Positions 20,392 through 30,644 of a DNA stretch of 64,000 bases are shown in pieces. Below the pieces are notes generated by a model that was given only the letters and a program-made list of their open reading frames with translations, did no database searches and was not told where the DNA came from. The DNA comes from Pseudomonadota bacterium (GTDB taxonomy: Bacteria; Pseudomonadota; Gammaproteobacteria; JAKAQQ01): positions 256,001 to 320,000 of the forward strand of contig DAHVLZ010000009.1 in assembly GCA_027320085.1 (NCBI GenBank). The letters run 5' to 3'. Position numbers and translations under genes: made by a program. Each line of letters starts with the position of its first letter. The stretch's first letter is position 1.

Positions 20392-21075
20392 TCACCCGCC
20401 CGGAATCTGCCCCAAGGGTCCGGGCTGACTCGCGAAATAGTTAGCGATATCGACCATCTCACGGTGGGTCAAGTTGGCCGCCATGGCGTTCATAATGGCG
20501 TTTTTCCGTTCTCCGGTTTTATATTCCTCGAGTGCACGGACCAAATAGGAGGGATACTGGCCCGCGAGATCCGGGAACTGGGGAGAAACAGACAAACCAT
20601 GTTCCCCATGGCAGGCTGCACATGTGGTAATCAATTTGGCTCCGATCCCGGCCTTGGTACGACTGAACAGAGGCACCCGGGTTTTGATCTGGCCACGCAG
20701 GGATGCAAAATAGGCAGCAACGTCTCGCAGTTCAGGAACCGTCATACCGCGTGCCTGTGCCTTCATGGTGGGAAAATCCCTCTCACCTTTGCGGTAGTCC
20801 ATCAAGGCCTCAAAGAGGTAGGCACGGTTTTGTCCCGCCACTTTTGGAATGTTGTAGAACGGGTAAGTTACTTCGAATCCCCTCATTCCATGGCAACCAA
20901 TGCAGGTATAGGTCAGCATTTTGCCTTGCGCGATGTTCCGCGCTTGGTCATTAGCGGTCTTCGCTGAAACCAGAGGGGATGTGATTGCAAAACCAAAGAG
21001 GAAGACTACGATGCCAACATTCGAACAAAGGTGCTTTACAAAATAACCGAATGGTTTCACATGATTCATTGGCAA
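20392..21075 (-). CDS. Diheme c-type cytochrome (c4-like)
   Basis: Two heme motifs CIGCH and CAACH, each followed by P.(V/L)AGQ...YL...L..Y+.G.R...M; N-terminal hydrophobic signal. Confidence 0.93.
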   Translation of the reverse strand: MPMNHVKPFGYFVKHLCSNVGIVVFLFGFAITSPLVSAKTANDQARNIAQGKMLTYTCIGCHGMRGFEVTYPFYNIPKVAGQNRAYLFEALMDYRKGERDFPTMKAQARGMTVPELRDVAAYFASLRGQIKTRVPLFSRTKAGIGAKLITTCAACHGEHGLSVSPQFPDLAGQYPSYLVRALEEYKTGERKNAIMNAMAANLTHREMVDIANYFASQPGPLGQIPGG

Positions 21076-21232
21076 CAGTTGACCGTGAGCTGGCTGGCAG
21101 CATGTTATCAGATTTCGTTATCGGCCGTGACTTCATGTCACTCTCTTGCCCTCTCTTCAATCTCCAGACTGGTTTACTGCCCTAAGGTAGGTATTCGCAA
21201 AAGCCCTCCTTGGACCAGACGTCCAGGCAAGT

Positions 21233-22459
21233 TCAGGAAACCTTTCGCGACTCGCGCCCCAAGGCATTAAATACTTTCTGGATCCGGATGACCGCATCTT
21301 CTAGCTCAGGCGCCCCGATAACAAGGGGAGGGGCTAGGCGGATCACCGTATGATGGGTTTCCTTGGTCAGGATCCCTTCTTCAAGCAGCCTCTCACAAAC
21401 GGTTCGAGCTCCCAAATACTGGGGGTCAACTTCAATGCCGACAAAAAGACCACGACCGCGCACCGCTCGGATGAAAGGGCTCTCTAATTTTTCCAAGGAA
21501 GCTAGAAAATCACCTCCGAGATGGGCTGACCGCTCGACCAAGCCTTCGTCCTCTATGACCCGGAGTGCCTCAAATCCGACTGCGGCGGCCAATGGGCTGC
21601 CACCAAAGGTGCTGCCGTGGTCCCCAGGGCCGAAAACCTGCATCACCTCACGCCGCGACAAGAACAAAGACACTGGTAGCAGTCCGCCACCTAAAGCCTT
21701 CCCTAGGATCAGCGCATCAGGTCGAACCTGCTCGTGCTCGCAAGCTAGGAAGTCCCCCGTGCGTCCGAGTCCGGTCTGTACTTCGTCCGCAATTAGGAGC
21801 ACGTTTTGCTCCCGGCAGATAGCCGCGCACTGTGCCAAATATCCTTGAGGTGGGACGATGATCCCGCCCTCTCCCTGAATCGGTTCAACAAGAAACGCTG
21901 CCGTCTGGGGGGTGATGGCATGCCGCAAGGCTTCGGAATCACCGTAAGGGATGACCTTGAGCCCCGCCGGGAAGGGACCAAAACCCTTCCGGTACTGCAT
22001 CTCACTGGACAAGCCAACTACAGTTATGCTGCGGCCATGGAAGTTGCCCCTGCAGGCTACGATTTCAGCTTGGCCTTCTGGCACTTTTTTGACCGTATAT
22101 GCCCATTTGCGTGCAGCCTTGAGCGCGGTTTCGACTGCCTCTGTCCCGCTATTCATCGGCAACGCCTGCTCCATCCCGGTCATCTCACAGGCCTTTTCGA
22201 GGAAAGGCCCGAGGCGATCGGAGTAAAACGCCCTCGAGGTCACTGCAAGTCGATTTGCCTGCTCAGTCAGCACCCGTACAAGACGCGGGTGACAATGTCC
22301 ATGACTGACTGCGGAATAGGCACTCATCATGTCGAGATAACGTCGGCCCTCGGTATCCCAGACGTACACCCCCGAACCGCGGCTCAAAACGACTGGCAGC
22401 GGATCGTAGTTATGGGCGCCATAGTGCTTCTCAGTCTCTTGGAAAATCGCCTGGTTCAT
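21233..22459 (-). CDS. rocD: Ornithine--oxo-acid aminotransferase
   Basis: AHNYDPLPVV, YSAVSHGHCHP, PMNSGTEAVETALK.ARKW, EPIQGEGG, DEVQTGLGRTG, LGKALGGG, HGSTFGG. Confidence 0.95.
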   Translation of the reverse strand: MNQAIFQETEKHYGAHNYDPLPVVLSRGSGVYVWDTEGRRYLDMMSAYSAVSHGHCHPRLVRVLTEQANRLAVTSRAFYSDRLGPFLEKACEMTGMEQALPMNSGTEAVETALKAARKWAYTVKKVPEGQAEIVACRGNFHGRSITVVGLSSEMQYRKGFGPFPAGLKVIPYGDSEALRHAITPQTAAFLVEPIQGEGGIIVPPQGYLAQCAAICREQNVLLIADEVQTGLGRTGDFLACEHEQVRPDALILGKALGGGLLPVSLFLSRREVMQVFGPGDHGSTFGGSPLAAAVGFEALRVIEDEGLVERSAHLGGDFLASLEKLESPFIRAVRGRGLFVGIEVDPQYLGARTVCERLLEEGILTKETHHTVIRLAPPLVIGAPELEDAVIRIQKVFNALGRESRKVS

Positions 22460-22793
22460 GACGTCACCCTGAATTTCTGAATAATGTCCTTCTAGACGTT
22501 GAATATTCTATCCTAAATCCGATGGATCTGCGGGATTCACCCATCCAGACTAACCTCTAGAAACCCCTTAAACTAGCCACGTCCGGGTGCAGCGTTAACC
22601 ATCCCCGGCAGGGGGCTACCCATCTGTCAACTCTTGGGTCTACGGTAAAATAACGTCTCGGACCGAATGCGAACGCCCCCGGTGATCCGGGATCGCTCCC
22701 TCCAAGCTCTGGTCGCCCCAACCAGAACCGGCCGGAAGGGGTCTCGCTTGGGTTCAACTCTAAACCCGACTGCCTATCCTAAGGACATCTGAC

Positions 22794-23792
22794 ATGACCA
22801 AAGCCAAGAACCAACCTATCCGAATTGCTGTCACCGGCGCCGCTGGACATATCGGCTACGCACTTCTCTTCCGGTTGGCGGCAGGGGAACTTCTCGGCCA
22901 GGAGCAGCCCATCATCCTCCACCTGCTTGAAATTTCCCCGGCCCTGCCCGCACTGAACGGGGTAGCGATGGAACTCGCAGACTGCGCGTTCCCTCTCCTT
23001 CAGGATCTGGTGCTGACAGACCAACCCGAAAAGGCTTTTGATGATGTGGACTACGCGTTCCTTGTGGGCTCTCGCCCACGCAGCCAGGGGATGGAAAGAA
23101 AAGACCTGCTCCGCGTCAACGCGGAGATTTTCAAGACCCAAGGACGTGCGCTCAACGATCGTGCTTCCCGTAGGGTCAGGGTCTTGGTCGTTGGTAACCC
23201 AGCAAATACCAACGCCATGATTGCACGCGAGAATGCTCCTGACCTCGAAGATTCACAGTTCACCAGCATGATGCGCCTCGACCACAACCGGACACTGAGT
23301 CTGTTGGCGGAAGCCTGCCAAGCCAACGTCGGCGACATTCAGCGAGTCACCGTGTGGGGGAATCACTCTTCCACCCAGTTCCCGGACATTGAACAGTCAC
23401 TCGTGCGGAACGAACACGCAACTGCCAAAGTAGGTCCACGCTGGATAGAAGAAACCCTGATTCCCACTGTCCAACAGCGGGGTGCTGCAATTATCAAGGC
23501 AAGGGGAGCATCCTCAGCCGCATCAGCAGCATCAGCCGCTCTTGATCACATGCGCGACTGGGTCCATGGAACACCACCCGGATCCTGGGTCAGCATGGGG
23601 GTCGCCGCCTCTGGCCAGTATGGGATCGCACCGGGGGTATTTTTCGGCTTTCCTGTCGAATGCAACCAAGGCGAAATGAGGGTCGTCGATACCTTGCAGC
23701 TGTCGGAGTTTGCTCGTTCACGCATTCGTCTCACAGACCAGGAACTCAGGGAGGAACGGTCTGGAGTCCTTGACCTGCTCCCGCATCGGTAA
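22794..23792 (+). CDS. mdh: Malate dehydrogenase (MDH type 2)
   Basis: [55 protein letters not shown]. Confidence 0.96.
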   Translation: MTKAKNQPIRIAVTGAAGHIGYALLFRLAAGELLGQEQPIILHLLEISPALPALNGVAMELADCAFPLLQDLVLTDQPEKAFDDVDYAFLVGSRPRSQGMERKDLLRVNAEIFKTQGRALNDRASRRVRVLVVGNPANTNAMIARENAPDLEDSQFTSMMRLDHNRTLSLLAEACQANVGDIQRVTVWGNHSSTQFPDIEQSLVRNEHATAKVGPRWIEETLIPTVQQRGAAIIKARGASSAASAASAALDHMRDWVHGTPPGSWVSMGVAASGQYGIAPGVFFGFPVECNQGEMRVVDTLQLSEFARSRIRLTDQELREERSGVLDLLPHR

Positions 23793-24792
23793 GCAGCAGG
23801 ATCTTGCCAAAGTGCGCTGGGTTATCGATCCGTTCATGGGCTTTTGCCACAGCAGCCAAAGAATAAACCGAGTCGATGACCGGTCTGAATTTTCCTGACT
23901 GAAGGAGAGGGAACACGGAATGCTCAACTGACCGCGCAATACGTCCCTTGACCCCTGGACGCTGTGGCCGCAAGGTGGATCCCATGAGACTCAGGCGTTT
24001 GGAGAGAAGAACCGACAGGTCGGCGGATATCCGGCTGCCCTGTCGGAAAGCCAGCTGGACCAGGCGTCCCCCAGTCGCGAGCAATGCCAGATTGTGCTCG
24101 AAATACGGTCCACCAATCGTATCCAGAATAAGGTCATAACCCCCATTAGGTGCCCCCGCCATATGGAGTTCTTGCCAGCAGCCATCCTGGCGGTAGTCGA
24201 CTACCTGTTCAGCTCCCAGATTCTGGAGACGAACCGCCTTTTCGGTTGACCCAGTGGTCGTTATGACGTGACAACCCAAGGCAGCGGCGAGTCCAACCGC
24301 AACGGTTCCGATTCCCCCACCACCTCCATGAACGAGCAACCACTCCCGTGAGCGAAGATGGGCTCTGAGACGCAGGTTATACCAGACCGTAAATACGGTT
24401 TCGGGTAGCGCTGCAGCCTCACAAGCCGCCAGCCATCCGGGGACTGGGAGGCACTGGGTCTCGGGAACCGATACGTATTCAGCATATCCTCCACCAGCGA
24501 CAAGTGCACAAACCGGTTCTCCTGCACGGAATCTGCCACCCCTCAGTGCCGGCCGAACTACACGACCCATCACTTCGAGTCCGAGGATGTCCGTGGTTCC
24601 AACTGGTGGGGGATAATGCCCCGCGCGTTGCAGAACATCCGGTCGGTTGACCCCGGCCATCCAGATTTCGACCAAGACTTCATCCGGGCGTGAGTTCGGG
24701 ACCGACCGCATCCCCAAGGACAGGGCTTCCGGTCCACCCCGGGAAGGAGCCCAGACCGCTTTCATCAACTCCGGCAGGGATCGGTCTTGCAT
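23746..24792 (-). CDS. NAD(P)H-quinone oxidoreductase, PIG3 family
   Basis: [57 protein letters not shown]; AGGAGG upstream; start approximate. Confidence 0.9.
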   Translation of the reverse strand: MQDRSLPELMKAVWAPSRGGPEALSLGMRSVPNSRPDEVLVEIWMAGVNRPDVLQRAGHYPPPVGTTDILGLEVMGRVVRPALRGGRFRAGEPVCALVAGGGYAEYVSVPETQCLPVPGWLAACEAAALPETVFTVWYNLRLRAHLRSREWLLVHGGGGGIGTVAVGLAAALGCHVITTTGSTEKAVRLQNLGAEQVVDYRQDGCWQELHMAGAPNGGYDLILDTIGGPYFEHNLALLATGGRLVQLAFRQGSRISADLSVLLSKRLSLMGSTLRPQRPGVKGRIARSVEHSVFPLLQSGKFRPVIDSVYSLAAVAKAHERIDNPAHFGKILLLTDAGAGQGLQTVPP

Positions 24793-24923
24793 CAACCGCG
24801 GCATTCCTCCTGACTGAGGTTTTGAGAACCTGACCCGATAAACGGACCAAGAAAATCCACACACAATATAATACCCGGGGGACCTTCCTTTTCCTTTTTT
24901 ACTGTCCCTGAAGGAGACTGGCC

Positions 24924-27398
24924 ATGGCTGTTGGTCTAGCGGTCTGGATTCTGGTTTTACTGCTCGGACTTTTCTTTTCCGCCCTCGTTCGTATACAGCT
25001 ATGGCTCACCAGCCTCGCCCTCGTCGTTTGGCTGGGGCTACTTACCCTGGTTTTTCACAACTCCACCGCCTACCTGATTGGCGGTGTTGGAGTGTTGTTG
25101 CTTGTTCTCATCAACCGGACACCAGTCCGGAAGCATCTACTCACACAACCCCTGTTTAGCTGGTATCGGAGGGTGCTACCGGAAATCTCCGAAACAGAAA
25201 AGGAAGCGCTTGCGGCTGGCACCGTATGGTGGGAAGGGGAGTTTTTCAGCGGTCGGCCGCGGTGGGCACGGCTACTCAACACGCCAAAACCGTCCCTTCG
25301 CGAGGAGGAGCGTCGTTTCATCGAGGGGCCAGTCGAAAAGCTATGTAGCATGCTGGACGATTGGAAGATCACCCATGAGTGGGCAGACTTGCCGCCGCCC
25401 GTCTGGGATTTCCTAAAATCTCAGGGATTTTTTGCTCTCATCATTCCACCAGCCTATGGAGGGCTCGGCTTCTCAAGCTATGCGCATTCCGAGATTCTCG
25501 TTAAAATTGGATCGCGCTCGACTACAGCGGCCTCCGTGGTAGCAGTTCCCAATTCGCTCGGGCCGGCGGAACTTCTCCTACACTACGGAACCCCAGAACA
25601 AAAATCGTATTACCTGCCGAGACTCGCCAGCGGAAAGGAAGTCCCTTGTTTTGCCCTGACGGGACCGTATGCCGGCTCCGACGCCAGTTCGATCCCGGAC
25701 ACCGGTATCGTCTGTCATGGAAACTGGAAGGGTCAGTCCGTCTTGGGGATCCGACTCAACTTCGAGAAGCGCTACATCACCCTTGCACCGGTGGCAACAC
25801 TTATCGGTCTAGCCTTCAAGCTCTATGATCCCGACCACCTACTTAGCGGCCGTGTTGACCGAGGCATCACCTGCGCCCTCTTGCCCCGGAACCTTGATGG
25901 ACTGGAAATCGGGGAACGGCACTTCCCACTCAATATTCCGTTCCAGAACGGACCCATCCGTGGACACAACGTCTTTATCCCCCTGGATCAGATCATCGGT
26001 GGGCCCCAGTTGATTGGCCAGGGTTGGCGCATGTTGATGGAAAACTTGGCTGCAGGCCGTTCCATATCCTTGCCCGCAAACGCAACCGGCGCAGCCAAGA
26101 CAGCCGTATGGACGACCGGAGCTTACGCTCGGATCCGGCGTCAGTTTCATATCCCAATTGGGCATTTCGAAGGTGTCCAAGAAATTTTGGCCCGAATGGG
26201 TGGTTTCCTCTATATCATGGACGCCGCGCGCCGCATGACTGTCGCAGCCAACGATCTAGGAGAAATTCCAGCGGTCCCTTCTGCGATCGCCAAGTTTCAC
26301 GTTACAGAGATGGGGCGTCAGCTGGCACTTGATGCCATGGATATCCAAGGAGGCAAAGGTATCGTTCTCGGCCCCAGAAACTGGATCGGTCGGGGGTTCC
26401 AGGCAGTACCGATCGCCATCACAGTTGAGGGTGCGAATCTGCTGACCCGCAATCTGATTATTTATGGCCAGGGCGCCATTCGCTGTCACCCGTACGTTCT
26501 CAAGGAAATGGAAGCCGCCCGCGAACCGGATGGGAAAAAGGCACTCACCCGCTTCGACCGACTGGTATGGGCCCACGCGGGACTATTCCTAAGCAATGCT
26601 ATCCGAAGCTGGATCTTCGGATTCCGGGCTGCGCACATTGCCAAAAGTCCGGTTACGGGACCGACCAAGCGATTTTACCAGCACCTCGAACGCTATTGCG
26701 CATCCTTTGCTCTCCTGTCGGATGCCACGCTGCTCGCCCTAGGTGGCGATCTCAAACGGAAAGAACGCCTGTCCGCGCGCCTCGGTGATCTCCTCAGTTA
26801 TCTCTACCTCGCCTCTGCCGTCCTTAAACGGTTCGAAGATGAAGGCCGGCCGGAGATTGACGTCCCTCTTGTCGAGTGGTCCTGCCGCTGGCTTATCTAT
26901 CAGTTCCAAGAAAGAACCCATGATTTTCTGAGGAACTTCCCGAATCGCACACTTGCACTATTTCTCAGGATGCTGGTCTTCCCAACGGGACGAACTTATT
27001 CTGCACCTTCCGACCACCTATCCCGTGAAGTCGCGCACCTTCTCACCAGCATCAACGAAGCGAGAGATCGCCTCACCACGGGAATCAGCACCGCAGGTGA
27101 TGCCGCACGCCCCTTGGTGCAACTTGAAGAAGCTCTCTCTCAAGTGGAGGCAGTGGAAGCGTTGGAACGGAAAATTCGGGCTGGCGGGGTACCACCCACA
27201 CTGGCACAAACCGACGCCGACCGTGCCCGTTGGGCGCATGAGCAGGGACTCTTGACGGAAGCCGAATGGACAACTCTCGACCGCTTTTACCACTTGGTCT
27301 ATGAAATCATCTCGGTTGATGCCTTCCCTCCCGATGCCTTGGGGACCCGACCGATTGATCGCCCTCATGAGACAACGGGCATGCCCGGCACAAACTAG
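24924..27398 (+). CDS. fadE: Acyl-CoA dehydrogenase FadE
   Basis: N-terminal TMs, SETE.EAL.AGTVWWEG, VPNSLGPAELL, CFALTGP.AGSDA, ITVEGAN.LTR; AAGGAG RBS. Confidence 0.95.
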   Translation: MAVGLAVWILVLLLGLFFSALVRIQLWLTSLALVVWLGLLTLVFHNSTAYLIGGVGVLLLVLINRTPVRKHLLTQPLFSWYRRVLPEISETEKEALAAGTVWWEGEFFSGRPRWARLLNTPKPSLREEERRFIEGPVEKLCSMLDDWKITHEWADLPPPVWDFLKSQGFFALIIPPAYGGLGFSSYAHSEILVKIGSRSTTAASVVAVPNSLGPAELLLHYGTPEQKSYYLPRLASGKEVPCFALTGPYAGSDASSIPDTGIVCHGNWKGQSVLGIRLNFEKRYITLAPVATLIGLAFKLYDPDHLLSGRVDRGITCALLPRNLDGLEIGERHFPLNIPFQNGPIRGHNVFIPLDQIIGGPQLIGQGWRMLMENLAAGRSISLPANATGAAKTAVWTTGAYARIRRQFHIPIGHFEGVQEILARMGGFLYIMDAARRMTVAANDLGEIPAVPSAIAKFHVTEMGRQLALDAMDIQGGKGIVLGPRNWIGRGFQAVPIAITVEGANLLTRNLIIYGQGAIRCHPYVLKEMEAAREPDGKKALTRFDRLVWAHAGLFLSNAIRSWIFGFRAAHIAKSPVTGPTKRFYQHLERYCASFALLSDATLLALGGDLKRKERLSARLGDLLSYLYLASAVLKRFEDEGRPEIDVPLVEWSCRWLIYQFQERTHDFLRNFPNRTLALFLRMLVFPTGRTYSAPSDHLSREVAHLLTSINEARDRLTTGISTAGDAARPLVQLEEALSQVEAVEALERKIRAGGVPPTLAQTDADRARWAHEQGLLTEAEWTTLDRFYHLVYEIISVDAFPPDALGTRPIDRPHETTGMPGTN

Positions 27399-27478
27399 CT
27401 TGGATAACCGAGAAACAACCAGCGCGGATCCTAGGAGCAACCTCAGAGAGCGATTTAGGATTGTGCCGGATCTGTGCC

Positions 27479-28099
27479 CTAGGAGTCAGCGTACTGAGTG
27501 CCCGGCTCAATCTTCCAATGCCAGCATGGTCTGACACCGGACGGAGAAGGGCATACCCTCCCCGGACATGCGGTGAGATGCCAGTGTTTGAGCTCTGGCC
27601 GTTTCTCAAGCAGGTACCGCATCCCAGCTTGCCATGGTAAGGGAGCTGCCCGCCTGCGGATCGCACCCTCCGGGAACAGGCAAATAACCGTTTCTGACGG
27701 CGAGCGGAGCAGGCGCCTCAGTCCGAACGGGCTGCGCATGGATAATGCCAGGTAATCATGTCTCCAGAGTCCACACCAAAGACTAATCCAGCGAGACCAG
27801 AACCAAGTCCTGGCAAAATCAGGATGAACGGCAAAAATAGCTTTCCGCTCAAGCCAAATCGCAAGTAGCGGTCCATCCCAGTAACTCACATGATCAGCGG
27901 TCAACAAAATCGGCCCTGTGGATGGAAGATCACCTTCAATCTGGGGTCTTAGAAACAGCCGTAAAATGCCACGCAGGATGACCTTGGGAAAGCCCGGATT
28001 AATTACACCAATCCCGCGATCAAACACAGGACCACCCAGAGACCCAGAGACACCTTGAGTTTCTCGCAATCCCAGCTTGCGGATTGACCCTAAACCCAC
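27479..28099 (-). CDS. PlsC-family acyltransferase
   Basis: ADHVSYWD (HX4D) and LFPEG motifs; true start probably near 28007. Confidence 0.75.
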   Translation of the reverse strand: MGLGSIRKLGLRETQGVSGSLGGPVFDRGIGVINPGFPKVILRGILRLFLRPQIEGDLPSTGPILLTADHVSYWDGPLLAIWLERKAIFAVHPDFARTWFWSRWISLWCGLWRHDYLALSMRSPFGLRRLLRSPSETVICLFPEGAIRRRAAPLPWQAGMRYLLEKRPELKHWHLTACPGRVCPSPSGVRPCWHWKIEPGTQYADS

Positions 28100-28351
28100 T
28101 TAAATGAAGGGTTTTTAGTCCCCGGTGACCCCGAAATCCCGAACCCGGGCGCGTGAGCTCAGCAATAGCAATACTTGGGCTGAGAATCCAGATAGCCTCC
28201 TTTTTTCGATCCCGGGTGTCACAATAGGATTAAACTTTTATAACGCGAATCGGGTCCTACCAGAGCAGGCTATACTGGTCATCCTAGGGGACTTGGAAAC
28301 GTTTAATTACCGTTTGAGATTTCCCAAGGGTTGGTTTTCGAGGTTTTCGTC

Positions 28352-28945
28352 ATGATGAAGCTTTCGCGTTTCCTGATTTTGTTTGCAGGGCTCTTGCTCC
28401 TTGCCGGTTGTGTCTCTCCGGTCGGTGTAGAAACGTCACGGACCGCGCATTTTGCTGGTTTACAAGATTTTGCCTGGTTGAAATCGGGCAAAACCCCACT
28501 CAAGAACCCCATCGTCGATAGTGGTATCGTCTCCCATCGGATTAAGCAAGCGGTCATTGAAGCCTTGAGAAACAGAGGTTTTTCATACCGGAAACATCGC
28601 TCCCAAGCGCAGTTCCTCGTCACGGATCATCTGATCAGCCACAGGGAGATGGTTATGAACCCACCGCTCTTCTACGGCTACGGGTTCTATGGAGACCCCT
28701 TCTTCCCGGGCTATGACGATGATGGGTTCTTTGGCCCCGGACCAATCGGATACGGCTATTTTGGACCCTACGGCTATGGCTACTCCTACCCCGTGGCAGT
28801 TTTGGTCATCGATGTCCTTGACGCCAAAAAACACCGGCTGATCTGGAGAGGATGGGTTACCCGCAGAATTAGTCAGTCCAACTTCTCGGCTGCTGCAATC
28901 TATCGGGATGTCAACCGCATTTTGGACCACTTCCCAGCCCGGTGA
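28352..28945 (+). CDS. DUF4136 family lipoprotein
   Basis: Lipobox LLAGC; I..A+...L..RGF; Gly/Tyr-rich loop; LVIDVLDA....LIWRG. Confidence 0.8.
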   Translation: MMKLSRFLILFAGLLLLAGCVSPVGVETSRTAHFAGLQDFAWLKSGKTPLKNPIVDSGIVSHRIKQAVIEALRNRGFSYRKHRSQAQFLVTDHLISHREMVMNPPLFYGYGFYGDPFFPGYDDDGFFGPGPIGYGYFGPYGYGYSYPVAVLVIDVLDAKKHRLIWRGWVTRRISQSNFSAAAIYRDVNRILDHFPAR

Positions 28946-29113
28946 AACCCGCCATCCGGTTCTTGAAAGACTTTGGGCCAGCACTGGAGCAATTTCCCCG
29001 AACTGGGAGCACCCCCTTGAAACGGGCAGGACAGCGCAGAATACGGCTGATCGCAGCATTACGATGAGACTCATGTCGGCCATCTTCCTCCACTCCCGCG
29101 CCGGGAGTGTGGG

Positions 29114-29977
29114 GTGAGTTCGCCTTACATTCCTTATTTCGGTCTGCGCGAGGAACCCTTCGGGATGACGCCCGACCCGCGCTTTCTTTTTTTGAGCCGG
29201 CAACACCAAGAGGGACTTGCTCATCTTCTCTATGGTCTGACACAAGAAGGAGGTTTCGTCGAGCTATCAGGAGAAGTGGGAACCGGCAAAACGACCTTGG
29301 TTCGCCGCCTGCTTGAACAATCACCTGCTGGCGTTGAAGTCGCGCTCATTTTGAATCCTAAGCAAACTCCCAAGGCCTTTACCCTGAATCTCCTGCGCGA
29401 ACTCCGAGCAGACTTGAGCCCAAATGCAAGCCGCCTTGATCTCCCAACGCTGGTCGGGCTTGTATACCAGCAGTTGTTTTCAATTTACCGAAAGAGCCAA
29501 CGGGCCATTCTGATTGTTGACGAGGCCCAAGCTCTCTCGGTCGAAACGCTGGAACAAATCCGACTTCTGACGAATCTCGAAACCTACCAAGAAAAACTCC
29601 TCCAAATTGTTCTCGTCGGCCAACCAGAAATTGACGAACTTCTAGATGGAGCAGCGCTCAGGCCCCTTCGAAACCGGATCACAGCACGCTTCCATCTAGG
29701 ACCGCTGACTGCCCGTGAAACATCCGAGTACATCACCCATCGACTGGCAGTTGCCGGCTTGGCCTCGACTCTGTTCACTCCAAGCGCCACCCGCTTGATC
29801 CATCGCCATGCCCGCGGATTTCCCCGCACCATCAACATTTTGTGCTCCAGAGCCTTACTTGCAGCGTACGTCACGGGAGACCGCATAGTGGGGCGAAATT
29901 TGGTCCACCAAGCTGCCCGGGAACTTTCTGGTCGTTCTACGCCAAGGTTCTGGTCACGCTGGCTCCGCCCTTCCTAA
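29114..29977 (+). CDS. exeA: ExeA/GspA-type AAA ATPase (ATPase domain only)
   Basis: YFGLREEPF..TPDPRFLFLS..HQE.LAHL.YG, GEVGTGKTT, IVDEAQ, LRLLTNLET-like segment, GQPE, G.PR.IN.L. Confidence 0.88.
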   Translation: MSSPYIPYFGLREEPFGMTPDPRFLFLSRQHQEGLAHLLYGLTQEGGFVELSGEVGTGKTTLVRRLLEQSPAGVEVALILNPKQTPKAFTLNLLRELRADLSPNASRLDLPTLVGLVYQQLFSIYRKSQRAILIVDEAQALSVETLEQIRLLTNLETYQEKLLQIVLVGQPEIDELLDGAALRPLRNRITARFHLGPLTARETSEYITHRLAVAGLASTLFTPSATRLIHRHARGFPRTINILCSRALLAAYVTGDRIVGRNLVHQAARELSGRSTPRFWSRWLRPS

Positions 29978-29989
29978 GGAATCGCCGAC

Positions 29990-30574
29990 TTGTCCATCAT
30001 TCTGGATGCACTCAGGAAGGCCGAGCTGGAGCGAAGCCACCGGGAAAGGGATTTCCTCTCGACACCTCCTGATCTTCGACCCCAGCGCAAGCGCGTGCAC
30101 TGGTTCATTTGGGCAGTTGCTGGCGTGTTCTGTCTGATCCTGGGAGGATTTATCACCTCTGAGATTTCCACTTGGCTCCACCCTCACCCAGCCGTCTCAT
30201 CGCCGGCTGCCCCCGTTCCACCCAGGCCTGTAGTTCGGAAAACTCGCACGAAAATAGGGTCTTCGACATCGACCGTCGGACATTCCACGCATCCGCACAC
30301 GCGGACAATAGCGAGGCCTGCGCCTATTGAGCCATCGCACCAACCAAACGTTGCATATGAAGCGGCCAAGCCCGGTGTTCTACCCACCAACCTGGGCTGG
30401 CATATCCAGGTTTTTAGTTGGAATCCCAATCCCGCCCAACGCTTTGTTGTGATCAATATGCAAACCTATCGGGCGGGCGCATTGCTCCCGGGAAGGGTTC
30501 GACTCGTTCAGATCCTCCGTCAGGGAATTCTTATCCGAGACCGGAACCGACTCTACCTTTTTCCCCGCCCTTGA
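29990..30574 (+). CDS. gspB: GspB/ExeB-like protein
   Basis: (M)SIILDALRKAE.ER N-terminus, one TM, Pro-rich linker, C-terminal RFVVIN...YR.G domain; follows exeA. Confidence 0.8.
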   Translation: MSIILDALRKAELERSHRERDFLSTPPDLRPQRKRVHWFIWAVAGVFCLILGGFITSEISTWLHPHPAVSSPAAPVPPRPVVRKTRTKIGSSTSTVGHSTHPHTRTIARPAPIEPSHQPNVAYEAAKPGVLPTNLGWHIQVFSWNPNPAQRFVVINMQTYRAGALLPGRVRLVQILRQGILIRDRNRLYLFPRP

Positions 30575-30644
30575 ACCCGTGACGGGGCAGAGTCTGATCT
30601 TTGCCGTTAGCGCAAGAGAAAGCTCCTCCACTTCTGGTAATATC

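Noticed and set aside
20864-20890. TTCGAATCCC...CCA resembling a tRNA T-loop and 3' end
   Set aside because: Lies inside the cytochrome c CDS; no T-stem, D-arm or acceptor-stem pairing.
21127-21141. GTGAC-N5-GTCAC upstream of the cytochrome gene as a CRP/FNR site
   Set aside because: Spacing does not fit TGTGA-N6-TCACA or TTGAT-N4-ATCAA; only a 5-bp repeat.
23746-23792. 47-bp convergent overlap of mdh and the quinone oxidoreductase
   Set aside because: Short tail-to-tail overlaps are common in compact genomes.
28670-28790. Repeated TACGGCTA-type words
   Set aside because: They encode the Gly/Tyr-rich loop typical of DUF4136 proteins; not a DNA repeat array.
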